Source: Podarcis melisellensis
Taxonomy: Eukaryota
NCBI GenBank assembly: GCA_964234715.1
Contig: OZ174286.1
DNA: 64,000 nt
Reading direction: 5' to 3' (one strand)
Shown here: piece after piece, positions 49,131 to 61,393 of the stretch
Numbering within the stretch: position 1 is the first letter of the stretch
Layout of the letters: each line of letters starts with the position of its first letter
The notes under the pieces: model-generated
What the model saw: the letters and a program-made list of their open reading frames with translations, nothing else
Told to the model about the DNA's origin: nothing
The model's database searches: none
Program-made: the position numbers and the translations under genes

Positions 49131-50005
49131 TACAAAAAGAAGTCTATACAAGTTGCTTTCTAGTAAAGGGCTAATTGTAGAATAAATCAACCATAAGTCC
49201 CACAGCCCATTAGTTTATAGTTTATGGGATTTTTACCCTAAGGTAAGGACCTCTATTAAAATATACAAGAGTACACATAGCTAAATATTCTCTCTCTTTT
49301 TACAGTGCTCTGTATATAATGTTCCCTTTTAATTTGCTTCATTAAATGGTTTTGTGTGTGTGTAATTAATGCTTTTAATGGGAATGCTATGGTAACAAAT
49401 ATAGAATTTATTACGGCTTGTTGGTTTTCATTTTTGTTTTTCAAAAAACATTTTGCTTACTAGACTTTCCATTAGCAAGCCGCAGTGCGTGGAAGCCCTC
49501 GTAATATTTATGTACCCAGACCAGAAATCGGCTACCAAAAACCAGGTGATGTTTTCAATAGCGCAGGGAAATATCCTACATAAACAATCCTGACGAAAGG
49601 GTTAGTCGTGTGTATGGAACAGGAGGCAACACCAAAGGCTATCTTTAAAGGAATCCAAGGGAAATTTTTCCCATGGTGATAACAGGATTTATATGTAGGC
49701 ACCAGGACTTGAAGGAGTGAGTTATGAAGTGTAGAAAGGTATAGTTCAGGAAAAAAACAACTTTGCCTCTTTCTGATTTTTGAAAATAAACACTACCCAG
49801 CTGCCCAACATAGGATGCATGAAAAATCCTAGCTGAATGCCTGAATGTGCAATCCAAGGGGAATTTGAACAAGTCCCATGTGGGCATACCTTGGTTGATG
49901 CCGTTTTCGGTTCCTATGAGAAACAGATTCCGCTTCAGGAAAGAGCTGTAAAATCTGTCTCTGGATCAATGGTGCAGAGGTCGAGATACGAAGCACAGTC
50001 CTGTA

Positions 50006-50219
50006 CAGTGGTACCTCGGGTTAAGAACTCAATTCCTTCTGGAGGTCCGTTCTTAACCTGAACTGTTCTTAACCTGAGGTACCACTTTAGCTAATGGGGC
50101 CTTCCGCGGCCGCCGCACGATTTCTGTTCTCATCCTGAGGTAAAGTTCTTAACCTGAGGTACTATTTCTGGGTTAGCGGAGTCTGTAACCTGAAGTGTCT
50201 GTAACCTGAGGTACCACTG
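50006..50219. mobile_element. Tigger-like MITE family A
   Basis: TIRs and TA TSD. Confidence 0.88.
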
Positions 50220-50885
50220 TATAGGGATGGGAGGGGTGGGGGTGGGGAAAAGAAATCCAGCTCACTTTGCATTTTCACGCAGATCTCCCCACTTTGCAAC
50301 TTTCCGAAACAAGAAAATGGAAAAGCAGCAACCCTTCAAAATTTAATTGATTCCCCCACCAACTAACTGTTGCAGCACAACCAAAACACCTGACACCCTG
50401 GGGTTTCAGGTTTTCCAGTTTAGCTCCCTCAAAACTGTGGGTGGGTTTGTGTGAGGAGGGGAGACATGTCTGCGCAAACAGGGCCTCTGTGGAACTGGCT
50501 GGTTGTGTGGAGGTTCAGACTTTTATGGAAAGATGCCTGTAGGGTGGGAGGGAGCAGCTTGCCTTGCTTCTACACAACTCAGCTTCTTTCAGCACCTGCT
50601 GTTTCGAAGACAGCATGAACTGGGAGCCAAGAGTGAGACGTAGCCCACCCTTTCTCTCTGGAAGAGTGTGGAGCGCGTGTCAAAAATGCAGATAATTATA
50701 CTTGCCTTATAACACAAGATCAAGTCTAAAATACTGCAGCTCCTCTGATAAGTATAGCAATTAAGGTGGATGTAACACATGACTGTATGGATGGGCTCTA
50801 GAAGGACCGATACTGGCCTAGTAAAAGGGCTTTGTTATAAAGCTGCCTTTATTTCATTGACTGAATGACTGCAAAAGTGAAATTA

Positions 50886-51100
50886 CAATGGTACCTTGGG
50901 TTACAGGCGCTTCAGGTTACAGACTCTGCTAACCTGGAAGGAGTACCTCAGTTTAAGAACTTTACCTCAGGACGAGAACAGAAATCACGCAGTGGCGACG
51001 GGAGGCCCCATTAGCTAAAGTGGTACCTCAGGTTAAGAACAGTTTCAGGTTAAGAACGGACCTCCAGAATGAATTAAGTTCTTAACCTGAGGTACCACTG
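50886..51100. mobile_element. Tigger-like MITE family A (opposite orientation to 50006)
   Basis: TIRs and TA TSD. Confidence 0.88.
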
Positions 51101-51327
51101 TAAGCCCAATTTCGAAGGGCAAAAGTGACTCACATGCCATCTCTGGAAACGGCAATGGACAGAGTACCAGTAACTAAGCGTGCACACCTCTGATTCCGGC
51201 CCAGAACAAGGCTGAAGAACCTGTGGCCTTCCAGTTATTGTTGATCCATGGCTTCATGGGAACAGTGGTCCAATAATATTGGGGGGGGGGGAGCCTACAG
51301 GTTCCTCCGTCCTGCTCTACAGGTATA

Positions 51328-51536
51328 CAGTCACACCTCGGAAGTTGAATGCAATCCTTTCCGGAAGTCTGCTCGACTTCCAAAACGTTTGGACACCAGT
51401 CAGAAGCCGCAGAAGCCACATTGGACATTCAGGTTCCAAAGTGCGTTCGCAAACCGAAACACTCACTTCAGGGTTTGCAGCGTTCGGGAGCCAAAGCGTT
51501 CGAGTCGCAAGGCGTTCGACTTCTGAGGTACGACTG
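51328..51536. mobile_element. Tigger-like MITE (cgttcg-repeat body)
   Basis: cagtcacacctcggaagt / acttctgaggtacgactg, TA TSD. Confidence 0.8.
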
Positions 51537-53126
51537 TATTTGTCATTCTTCCTTTAGATCAGGAAGGCTTAAGCATTAGTCTGCTGTGGCTTGAATCAAT
51601 CTTATCTGGCCTCTGGTAGCCATATCAAGTGATAAAACATTTTTTTTGGGGGGGGGGGACACCAAATCTCTTGACCTTGTGTTTAGTGTATATTGGTGGA
51701 ATATAGTCGATTATATGAACTAGCAGGAGAAGAGAATTTCTCCATGTGCTTCAGCTTCCATTGCATTTGCATGAAACAAGAAATGGGAAATACTAAACCT
51801 CTTTCTCTACTTTGCTTTTAGATAACAGGTGAAGATTTGATTGATATTATGATCCCAGGCCAGCCTCCTCTGCTTCTGGCTCTGTGATGCAGCTTTGCCT
51901 TGTTTTTATTTGGTTTTTATTGTTGCAAACGACCTGCTAGTTTTGACAGGGAGCCACCTTGGATGCATCGGCAGAAAGGTGGGATCTGGAAGTTTACATA
52001 AATCTAAATAAGTGACAGATGTTTTCAGTCCAAGAAAATTGCTCAGTCTTCCCCCCTTTCTGCCCGAGTCAGGATATTTCAATTCCCCCTGCTTTAAAAG
52101 CAACCACTTTCTTGCTTTTACATGCTTTTGTCTCAAGCCCATCGTCTTCATATACTCAGCAGTTATGTCAAGCATCTCTCCGCCCGCCCTGACTGATTAC
52201 CGCTGCCTGCAAAGTGCTGACGGAGATATTTTTCCTGTAGGGATGCCTCATTTTCCAGTGGGATGCCAGGGAGATAAATGCCGGACATCCCCAGCTGATT
52301 ATGTTCGTGAGCTCCTCTCCGGCTGCGAGGCCACATCTCTGCTGGCCTGTATCTAGGGCCCATATTGATTGCGCTCCAAGCAAATCCCCGGAGATTGGGC
52401 CGATCAGGTTCACTAATGGTCAGACTTCTCCTGGTATTTGCTTACATAACACTATCAGAACACATGTCTTAAATATTTTATCAGCTTTAAAGGGTCGCTT
52501 TCATAACAAAGCATTGTGTTGCACTGGAGAAGAGAGATTAGGTTGGAGAATAGATGGTCTGCAATACCCTGCAGGGAAAACAATAGCCTTGGGCATGAGT
52601 AACATGCTGCCTTGTCACTCTTTTAAAGACACATTTCTCCACTGGGGTGGAGAGCCACACTTTTCAAATAAGAATATTTTTGCAGGAATATTCCACGGCG
52701 ACATGCTAGGCAATCTCAGCGGGCTTATTGTTTACTTGCTGCGCTCTTTCCTGACCATTAAGGAAGAATTTGGGTTGCTTTCTTCTGCAGAGACCAATAT
52801 GCACACCACTTTATTTTTTTAAAGAAATAGGTTGCACAAGAGCTATCTTAGTCAACGAAATTGGAGGATTTCGTATATCCAACCTCATTCACAGATTAGA
52901 ATAAGACAATTCAAAGTTATGGATGCGTATGCAACAAACGTTTAAAGCACCCTCCCCCCTCCAAAAGAATTCTGGGAACTGTAGTTTGTTCAGGGGTGGG
53001 TGGGAATTATGACTATGTAAAGGAGCCAATCTCTGGTATAGTCATAACCTTCATAGGAGCAGTCAATAGTGCTTTCCGTAAAAGACATGGAAATGATGGA
53101 GACTTTTGCAAAGAATGAATGACTCC

Positions 53127-53510
53127 AAATGTTGGTGCTGACCTTTAAAGCCCTAAACAGCCCTGGCCCAGTATACCTGAAGGAGAGTCTCCACCCCCAT
53201 CGTTCTGCCCGGACACTGAGGTCCAGCGCGGAGGGCCTTCTGGTGGTTCCCTCCCTGCGAGAAGTGAGGTTACAGAGAACCAGGCAGAGGGCCTTCTCGG
53301 TAGTGGCACCCTCCCTGTGGAACGCCCTCTTATCAGATGTCCAGGAAATAAACAACTATCTGACTTTTAGAAGACATCTGAAGGCAGCTGTGTTTAGGGA
53401 AGTTTTAAATGTTTGATCTTTTATTGTGTTTTTAATATTGTGTTGGAAGCCGTCCAGAGTGGCTAGGAAGGCCTGGCCAGATGGACGGGGTATAATTAAT
53501 TTTTTTTTAA
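53127..53510 (+). mobile_element. L2-clade LINE 3' fragment
   Basis: VLTFKALN.PGPVYLKE...RAFSVVAPSLWNAL...TFRRHLKA is a typical L2 ORF2 C-terminus. Confidence 0.85.
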
Positions 53511-53674
53511 AAAAAATTAAAGACATTATGCACCAGCAAAACTTGGTTTACCACACAATTGACACTTGGCAATGGTGGTGGGAGTGGCATAGAAGGAATC
53601 CTGGCTCCCAAACACTTATATCAGTATGGTCAGTTCTTCAAATATACATGTGTGTGCACATGTGTGTGAGAGAG

Positions 53675-54030
53675 ATAAGATGGAACTCAAAGGTCATTTA
53701 GTTCAACTTCCTGGCAATGCAGGAAAAAGCCACCACTGCAGCAACTCTGAAAAACCTTGAAAACCTCCACACCATTTGGAAGTTCTTCCTAAGGCTTAGG
53801 TGAAACTTCTGTCCCTGTATTTTGAACCAATTGGTTCAGGTCTTACGCTCTGGAGGAACTGAAAACTAATTTTCTCCATCTATGTGGCAGCCCTTCAGAT
53901 ATCTGAAGGTGGTCACTGTCCAATCCCTTCCAACCTTTCCTTGTAGTACTTGCTCTCCCGGCTTCTAACCATCTTTACCACCTTTTCCTGGACATGCTCC
54001 AGTTTAATTTTGGTGCCCAGAACTGGGCAT
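53675..54030 (-). mobile_element. Degenerate CR1 fragment
   Basis: aaggtcatttagttcaac...gaagttcttcctaa...tggtgcccagaactgg. Confidence 0.55.
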
Positions 54031-54084
54031 AGATGGCTGGAGGGTAAATAACTCTCTCAAATAGATACTATACATATCCGTATC

Positions 54085-54825
54085 ATGCTAGAAACGTATA
54101 AAATCGTGTACGGTGCAGAGAAAGTGGATGGAGAGAAGTTTTTCTTCATGCATAAAAATGCTGGAACCTGATGTCACACAATGAAAATTGTGTTAGAAGA
54201 TTCAGCACAGATCAGAGGAACGACTTCTCCATGCAGCACATAGTTAAAAACTATGGCATTTGCTTCCCGCAAGATGAAGGGATGACTACCACCTTCAAAA
54301 GAGGTTTAGACATATTCAAGGAGAATAAGGCTATGGTCTCTTTCCACTGATGGAGGCCTTATGCCTCTGAATACCAGTTGCTAGGAATCGCAAAAGGGCA
54401 GTGTTATGTATTCAGTGGTCTGTGTTTGCCTGAGCTCGAGTCTGGACTAAGGAATCTGAGCCCCTGTGTTCTGATTCGATATATGATATCCAATCGCAGA
54501 ACATTTCAGGATTTGGGCCTCTGCCATTGGCCCTTAAACTCTGAGTCATGATTCACAGTGTGGAAGTTTAGACAGCCAATCATGTCGGGAGTGGGAGTGG
54601 CCCAGGCCTTCAGAAATGTATATAAGCAGTTGCTTTGCCCCTGTTGTCTAGTTCTGTTAGTTCAAGAAAGGTTCTTGCTGTTAGCACTGTGTCTTGCCTC
54701 GTGGGAACCCACCTACACTTCAGGCAAGGTGCTGTTACTTGCAGGCTTCTGGCTGGCCAACTGTGAGAACAGGATGCTGGACTCGATGGGCCTTCGTCTG
54801 ATCCAGCAAGGCTTCTTCTCTTCTC
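54085..54825 (+). mobile_element. CR1 3' fragment interrupted by a solo LTR
   Basis: tataaaatc..gagaaagtggat..; 3' end gtgagaacaggatgctggact..gatccagcaaggct. Confidence 0.65.
54402..54722 (+). mobile_element. Solo LTR
   Basis: TG...CA termini, TSD ggcag/ggcaa, several CCAAT boxes, TATA gtatataagc. Confidence 0.72.
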
Positions 54826-54984
54826 AAATCAGATAAAAAAATGGGAGGACAGTATAGAAGATAACTGTCCGGTAGCAAGGCTGATTGGATTTGATGTAAT
54901 AACTGAATGAACAGGTTATGTCAGTTCCAGAGAAAGAGGTTGGATTGAAGCAATCCAAGGATCAATTTTTAAAAGTTTCCAGTA

Positions 54985-55160
54985 ACAACAACAACAACAA
55001 GAAGAACAACAGCAATAACAATAATACTAATATGCCGTCCATCTGGCTGGGTTGCCCCAGCAACTCCTGGTAGCTTCCAACACATATAAAAACATAATAA
55101 AATATCAAATATTAAAAACTTCCCGTTACAGGTCTGCCTTTAGAGGCCTCCTAAAAGTTA
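54985..55160 (-). mobile_element. L2 3' terminal fragment
   Basis: (aac/aat)n then ccatctggctgggttgccccagcaactc. Confidence 0.65.
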
Positions 55161-55219
55161 AAATTAACGAAAACTAAAGAAAAAGTGGAAACTGCAGGCA
55201 TTTACTTGCATTTGAGTGC

Positions 55220-55225
55220 TTTATT
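55220..55225 (-). terminator. Candidate distal CREB5 poly(A) signal
   Basis: AATAAA on - strand with TGTA motif upstream (~55257-55262) and T-rich sequence downstream. Confidence 0.55.
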
Positions 55226-58200
55226 ATACTGGAATTGCAGTGATATTATTAACATTTGTACAAATGCACAAAATCTCCCCTCGTTAGAAAGAGATGTAGA
55301 AATCGGATCTAGATGAATAATCTCAATGAACTTCACTGTCCATTTGTAATAAATGTGTTCACAATGCGACAAAAGAAGCGTAAGATAAAATTAAACATAT
55401 TAAAAGCAACTGCACGTTATTTACAGGTATGTACCAATTTTATTTCTCTCCTCCCAGCAAGGGAGGTGGTTGGTGGCGGCGACTGTTTAAACAGAAAAGA
55501 AGAACAAGCACAAAACCTTTGCAAATAATACAAAAAAAAAAAAAAGGATCAAGCCCCAGCTCTAGCGACAGAATCTTTACCCTCCCTGTAATCCCCACAG
55601 TGCCTACTTCTCCCAGTGCTAAGTGTTCCTTAAAAATAAAAATCAATGGAGTTGAGTAATAATATTTCATAGAAGAAACTTGCATTGATCAGCCGGTGCT
55701 TAAAATGGAATAATTTGGAGACATGGGGAAAATAAAGGAGCTCTCCAGAGAGAGGAAACAGCTCTTGTTTTGATTCCAGTCCTACAGTCTTACTCCAGTA
55801 GATGTGCCTTTGACTGGAGGTCTACTTAGGCAAAGGAAATCTAGTAGATTCAAAATCCAGTATGGTGACCCTGCCCCATCATAAGTTGTTTTCAAGGCTG
55901 TGGTAATAAAACACCCATGGTAGCAGAGGAAGGATTCCCTGTCTACTATTCTCTTCTTAGGCATTCTTTTTAAAAAGTCAAAACCTGTGTCAGCTGGTTT
56001 TCAGTAAGTTAAGTAAAGTGTTGGGTGGTTAAAAGGGAAATATACAGGGTGATATTGACCACAGCTACTGATTCGGTGTTGAGAGACACAAGGTAGGGAG
56101 GGAAATACAGAAACTTTTGTTTTTGTGTCCATTATTTTCAAGAGAGCATTGGAGACAGACAGGAAGGCCTTCCTTCCCCCTGTTTAAGGATTTCCCTAGT
56201 TGTACAACTTCACCAAAATAACCTGTAGCTCTGCAGACTTGGGAGAAAATACCGTTGGACACAGTGATTGTAATAAAATGCTCTCAAACAGAACTGTTTC
56301 ATGAAATATAATGTGAAATGTTTGTTTCAGTGAAACAAGATTCTACAGATGGCGCATTCCACATATTATGCATTTTGTGTAAACATACTTGAGCATAATG
56401 TTCAGTTGTTATCCAAGGAGAACTTGGAAAGGGGTCAGATTTCCACTCGGGAGAATTCCTCTCTCAGCCTCATGCTAATATTTTGGATTTACGCTCTTCT
56501 CAGTCCCCCCCCCCTTGCAAATGCCTGTAAGTCATTTACAGAGATAGAAAAATGTCAGAAGAAGCTTTCACATATTAATTATTCTAACATGTGCCAATAT
56601 CGACACTCAGGTATTGCTGCTTCCAACATGTGCACTATTGATACACAGATTTTAGTATGTCTGGCAAGGAAAAGTCTCTGACCACATAAATATTTAGTCC
56701 TGAAGAATGAGGTTTATATGCATTTTCTCCCAACTCAGTTATCAATTTAGCAGTAGGCATTATTTGGGCAGTGGGTAGAGTGACGTGAAAACAAAGTAGG
56801 AACACTTTAATAGTTGTTGGAAGAAAAACAATATCTTTTATCATTCAGTTTTTTTAAAAAGTTGGCTTTAAAAAAATCCACGACGTTTTATTGCTTTAAA
56901 TATACTTGCCGTTACGTTATTACACTTTAAAAAAATTAAAAAGGTGCTGTCTCCCGTTAATCTGCAAGGCGACGTGATATTAAGTGGGTTTGGAATTCAA
57001 AATGGACGTCGGACCCCTGTTCTCTTCACCTCGCTGTAGCTTAAGTAGCTGCTGCTACAACTTGGGCAATATTTAAAGAGCATTCCAATGGAAAAGAGGC
57101 ACTTTCCTGACCAATGACATACACCTACTATGGGTTTAAACTGTAGTTCTTGTAGAAGAGCTGGGGATATTTAGCAGAGCGTCCCTAGCACCTCAAAAAG
57201 TTGAAATCCCCAAGACTCTTTGGAGAAAAGACTCTAAGCTAAAGTTGTGTAAAACAGACGTAGATAGGGTGCTTTTAAATACCAGGCTATTAGAAAACAG
57301 CAGGTCTAGATGTGGCAGGGTGGTCCATATGGTGCCTGCCATTTGTTGTTGGGACTACAACTCCCATCATCCCTGGACTTTGGCAATGCTAGCTATGACT
57401 GATGGCAGTTGTAGTCCAACTATACATGGAGGGCGCCATCTTGGCTGGTGACTAGCTTTTCCCTACTTCAGTCATCCAAGTAGGCCTTCTTGGAGCTAGA
57501 GTGAGAGACAAAGGTAGAGATATCTCCAGTTACGAGCATCTAAATCTATCACTGGCCAACCTCTTACAGGGGAAGAACTTTGGCCGGGGGAGACAGCTAA
57601 AGTGCAACTTTTCAAATAATATAAATAATTGAAATGCCGCGAGATGCTAATTAGTTACAATGGTTTCCATTCTCTAGGCACTGTTTGAGTATCTGTACAA
57701 AAACCGAGACCTTTACTTCCCGCTCTCCGCCACCCCGGTGACATGGCAGAAAATTTTTATCTGATACACATTGGAGCTTCAGTGGTTTAAAGCTACTGAG
57801 CGCTGTTTTCGGAAGGGACACAAGGAGGACTGATAAGGCAGTTTTAGTGCAACTCACTAGGCGATATTAGAAAAAGAAGCAAGCGTCGGGCAGGATCTCC
57901 ATTGGAGTTGCTTATAATGAGCCTATTCATAAAGGCAGCTTTCCAGTTATATGGGTTATTTCCCTTGAGCAGGCCTGTGCACATCTTCAACAACAAAAAA
58001 AGAGGAAACAACCGTACATTTGTACGCCTTTGTTGTTGTCGTTACAAATAGCAGATGCTGCTTTAAAGAAAATACTGAATTCTGGACATTTCCAGGTAGT
58101 AGACGCCAGCAAAAGAGGTTCCATCTAGGATGGATAACTCTTGCTTGAGATCTACAAAGATATATATATTTATATTTGTATTTATATATATATATATATT

Positions 58201-58871
58201 TACATATACATACACTGAGAGTTGTGCATTGCAAAAAATTAAAGGGGTAGTCCACTCAGAACCGCTGCTGCCATTCTCTGGTTTTCCGTGAGGCTTGTGT
58301 GAGATTCAGAGTCATGAATGTGCAGCAGCTGTCGCCGGGCGGGTTACTCCCAATGTAACTAAGAAAAATACAAACATATTCTAATATAAGAATGCTGTTT
58401 AAATGGAATGTGTTAAAAATAACATTTAGTAATAAATACTTTATAAAATTCTATGTGAATACTAAATTAATAGATTCCTGTTTTGTTTTTAAATTTCAAC
58501 TTTGGTCCTTAATGAATTTCCATAAATCCACTATATACTTTTTTTTCCTTTTCTTCTTTTGTAGAAAAAAGTGTTGTTGGCTAAAAAGCAGATTCTAACT
58601 AAAAGGCTTCTTTTAAAAACACACACCACACACAAAATATCATCGCTTAAAAATATAAATCCCCCCTCCCGCCCCCCAAAGAAGGGCTTTTACCAGTTGC
58701 AACTAGCTTGTTAGTGAAGAGAAATATACACCAATTTTCGAAGGCCCACCACTCAACTTCCCCCTGTTCTTCCAACCCACTCTCCAAAGGGTGGAACAGT
58801 TTTACTTAAATTGCATGGATGAGCATGCAGTAAAAGCTCCCTGTTGTCATAATAAAACACACCAGAAAACT

Positions 58872-58897
58872 ACACACACACACACACACACACACAC
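58872..58897. repeat. (CA)n microsatellite
   Basis: Direct reading. Confidence 0.9.
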
Positions 58898-61053
58898 CAC
58901 TTTTTGCCCCCAGGTTGTGTCACAGAAATATGGCTTGCATAAAAGATCAATGTAGCACAGAAACGTGTATTGCAACACAGCCCTTTGGGATAAGTATTGC
59001 AATCAGCAGTGCTTGGAATTTTCTCCACACACAAACACACAGACACACACATTTCTATTTTTGTACAGTGAGATAGAACGCCCCTATATGGCATCTTATT
59101 GTGGACTCCGAACACCTCATGCACCCAAATTTTCACAGCATCCACAGGATGTCATCTTCATTCAAATGCCATACCATATGCCCCACGACGTCCACCCATT
59201 TGCTAGAGATTTACTATTTCTTCTGTTTTTTGTTTTACTTCTTGGAACTGCCGCAGCAATGGGAAATCTGGATTAAATGGGGGGGGATGCGGTACGGCAG
59301 TTGGTTGTGCGGATGCAAAACTTAGGGTTGCATGCTGAGTTCACAATAACCTGCCATGTGGAAACATCCACAGAAAGCTGTAAGAACCAAGTTCAACAGT
59401 CGTATGCAGACATCATGAGCCCCATTTTGTCAGTGCTCAGAGAAATGGCTGAGGCGCTGATATCACCAGAGCAGTATTGCAATGCAAAGTCAGGGGATGG
59501 GGAAATAAATTGTTCAGCCTCTAGTTGTAGAACACAGTTAAAATAAAGACAGGAGAGAAAGTGGCCTTCATTTCCTTATTTGAATGTGAGGGGTTGTGGA
59601 TGTGATACTATGAAACAAGGCTAACTATAAGAAAGACAAGATAGGTCAGAATTATCAGAAGCCTGGAAACGAAGAATGACACACTTATCTTTTTCGATAG
59701 ACTTGTAATAACGAGCATAACATGATGAGTTTGTTTTGATGCACCCGAGTCTAGTTAGTTGTAGAATGAAGAGTACGTATGGTCACACAAGGATTAGTGT
59801 GAGCTCATCATAAAGTTCTCTAACATAGGATACGAAGCATCATTTGCAACATTTTGGGGAGCATGGGATTTTGATCCTGCTTTGGGGGGCTAGTAGAAAT
59901 CAGGTGGTCAAGTTCCCTAGTTGTTTCAGCAACTGATTCTTACCTGTTTGAAAATAACACCTATTTATCCCTTTCTTTTTAAACTCCTCATGCATTTTGT
60001 ATACACAGTATACATCTCTAATGTCGGCCTCAGAACAAAATGCATATGAAATACTATATAGGCATTTTAAATATATTTAGTAATGCTATTCAAAATGATG
60101 AGATTTGTATTCTGTAGCTTGGTCCAGACATACTGGGAAACCATGGTTTCCCATTACATGTATAGATGAATCTCAGGCTCAAGCCCTATCCTTTACCTTC
60201 TCTAACACACACCAGGAGGAAACTGGAAGTACCTGCTTTTGATTTTGAACTAACCACAGTTCTGTTGTGATGTCTGAACTCGGGGTACTGTGGTTTGCTT
60301 AAACTATGGGTGGCATCCAATGGAAATCCACTTGCTCAATTGAACTTCTGGCTTGTCTTCTCCCTCTCCATTCCTCCATGCACCCCCCAAAATCTGCTGC
60401 CCAAAGTCCCTCAACCCTTCAGAGCAGATTTTGGGGGCGCAGTGTGGGGGGAGCTGTAGAAGAAGATGAAGAAGCCTCACTGCATGAGCCAGATGTCTGC
60501 TCATGTTAGTTTGGATCTCAGCCCACGGTTTGAGAACAAACCAGAATTCGAAACCGCAGTTTGATTTGTTTGTAACCCATACTAATTATAGTTCAGGCAC
60601 AGTTTCCTGAGTTCAGATGTCATGGGGAAGTGTGGTTACTTTAAAACTGCAAGCAAACGCTTTGATCAGCTCTGACATGTGCAAAAGGAGGGGAGGTGAC
60701 ATGGTAGTGTGTTAAGTGCAAGGCTTGCTGAACATTACACACCAAAGAGGAAATCTTCATTGTGTGTGAATCTGGCCTATGTGTAATTTTCAGAGCAACG
60801 AATAGAAGATCTAAAGACTTTTCGACGTTTTAAGGCAGTTCCTTGGCCTAAGGAAATCCATTCTAGCCCAAGGAAATATGGCAATGCAGCTCTCATTGGG
60901 GGTTCAGTTCCTTATGTGATTCTAAGAAAAAGCAATTCATGGGAAGAATAATTTCCCATCCACTAGGTAAACGACTCGGGATTCATGTGTATAAGAAAAC
61001 AATAATCTTACACAGGAATCCTAGGCATATTTTCTTGGAAGTAAGTCTTGTTA

Positions 61054-61393
61054 GGGACGTGGGTGGCGTTGTGGGTTAAACCGCAGAGTATAGGACTTGC
61101 CAATCAGAAGGTCTGCAGTTCGAATCCCCGCGACAGTTGCTCGGTCCCTGCTCCTACCAACCTAGCAGTTCGAAAGCACGTCAAAGTGCAAGAAGATAAA
61201 TAGGTACCACTCCGGCGGGAAGGTAAATGGCATTTCCATGCGCTGCTCTGGTTCGCCAGAAGCGGCTTAGTCATGCTGGCCACATGACCCGGAAGCTGTA
61301 CGCCGGCTCCCTCCGCCAATAAAGTGAGATGAGCGCAGCAACCCCAGAGTTGGCCACGACTGGACCTAATGGTCAGGGGTCCCTTTACCTTTT
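61054..61393 (+). mobile_element. Sauria SINE inside probable CREB5 3'UTR
   Basis: Perfect TSD taagtcttgtta (61042-61053, 61394-61405). Confidence 0.92.

Noticed and set aside
56340-56360. CTCF-like motif (tacagatggcgc)
   Set aside because: Partial match only; cannot be supported without ChIP or conservation data
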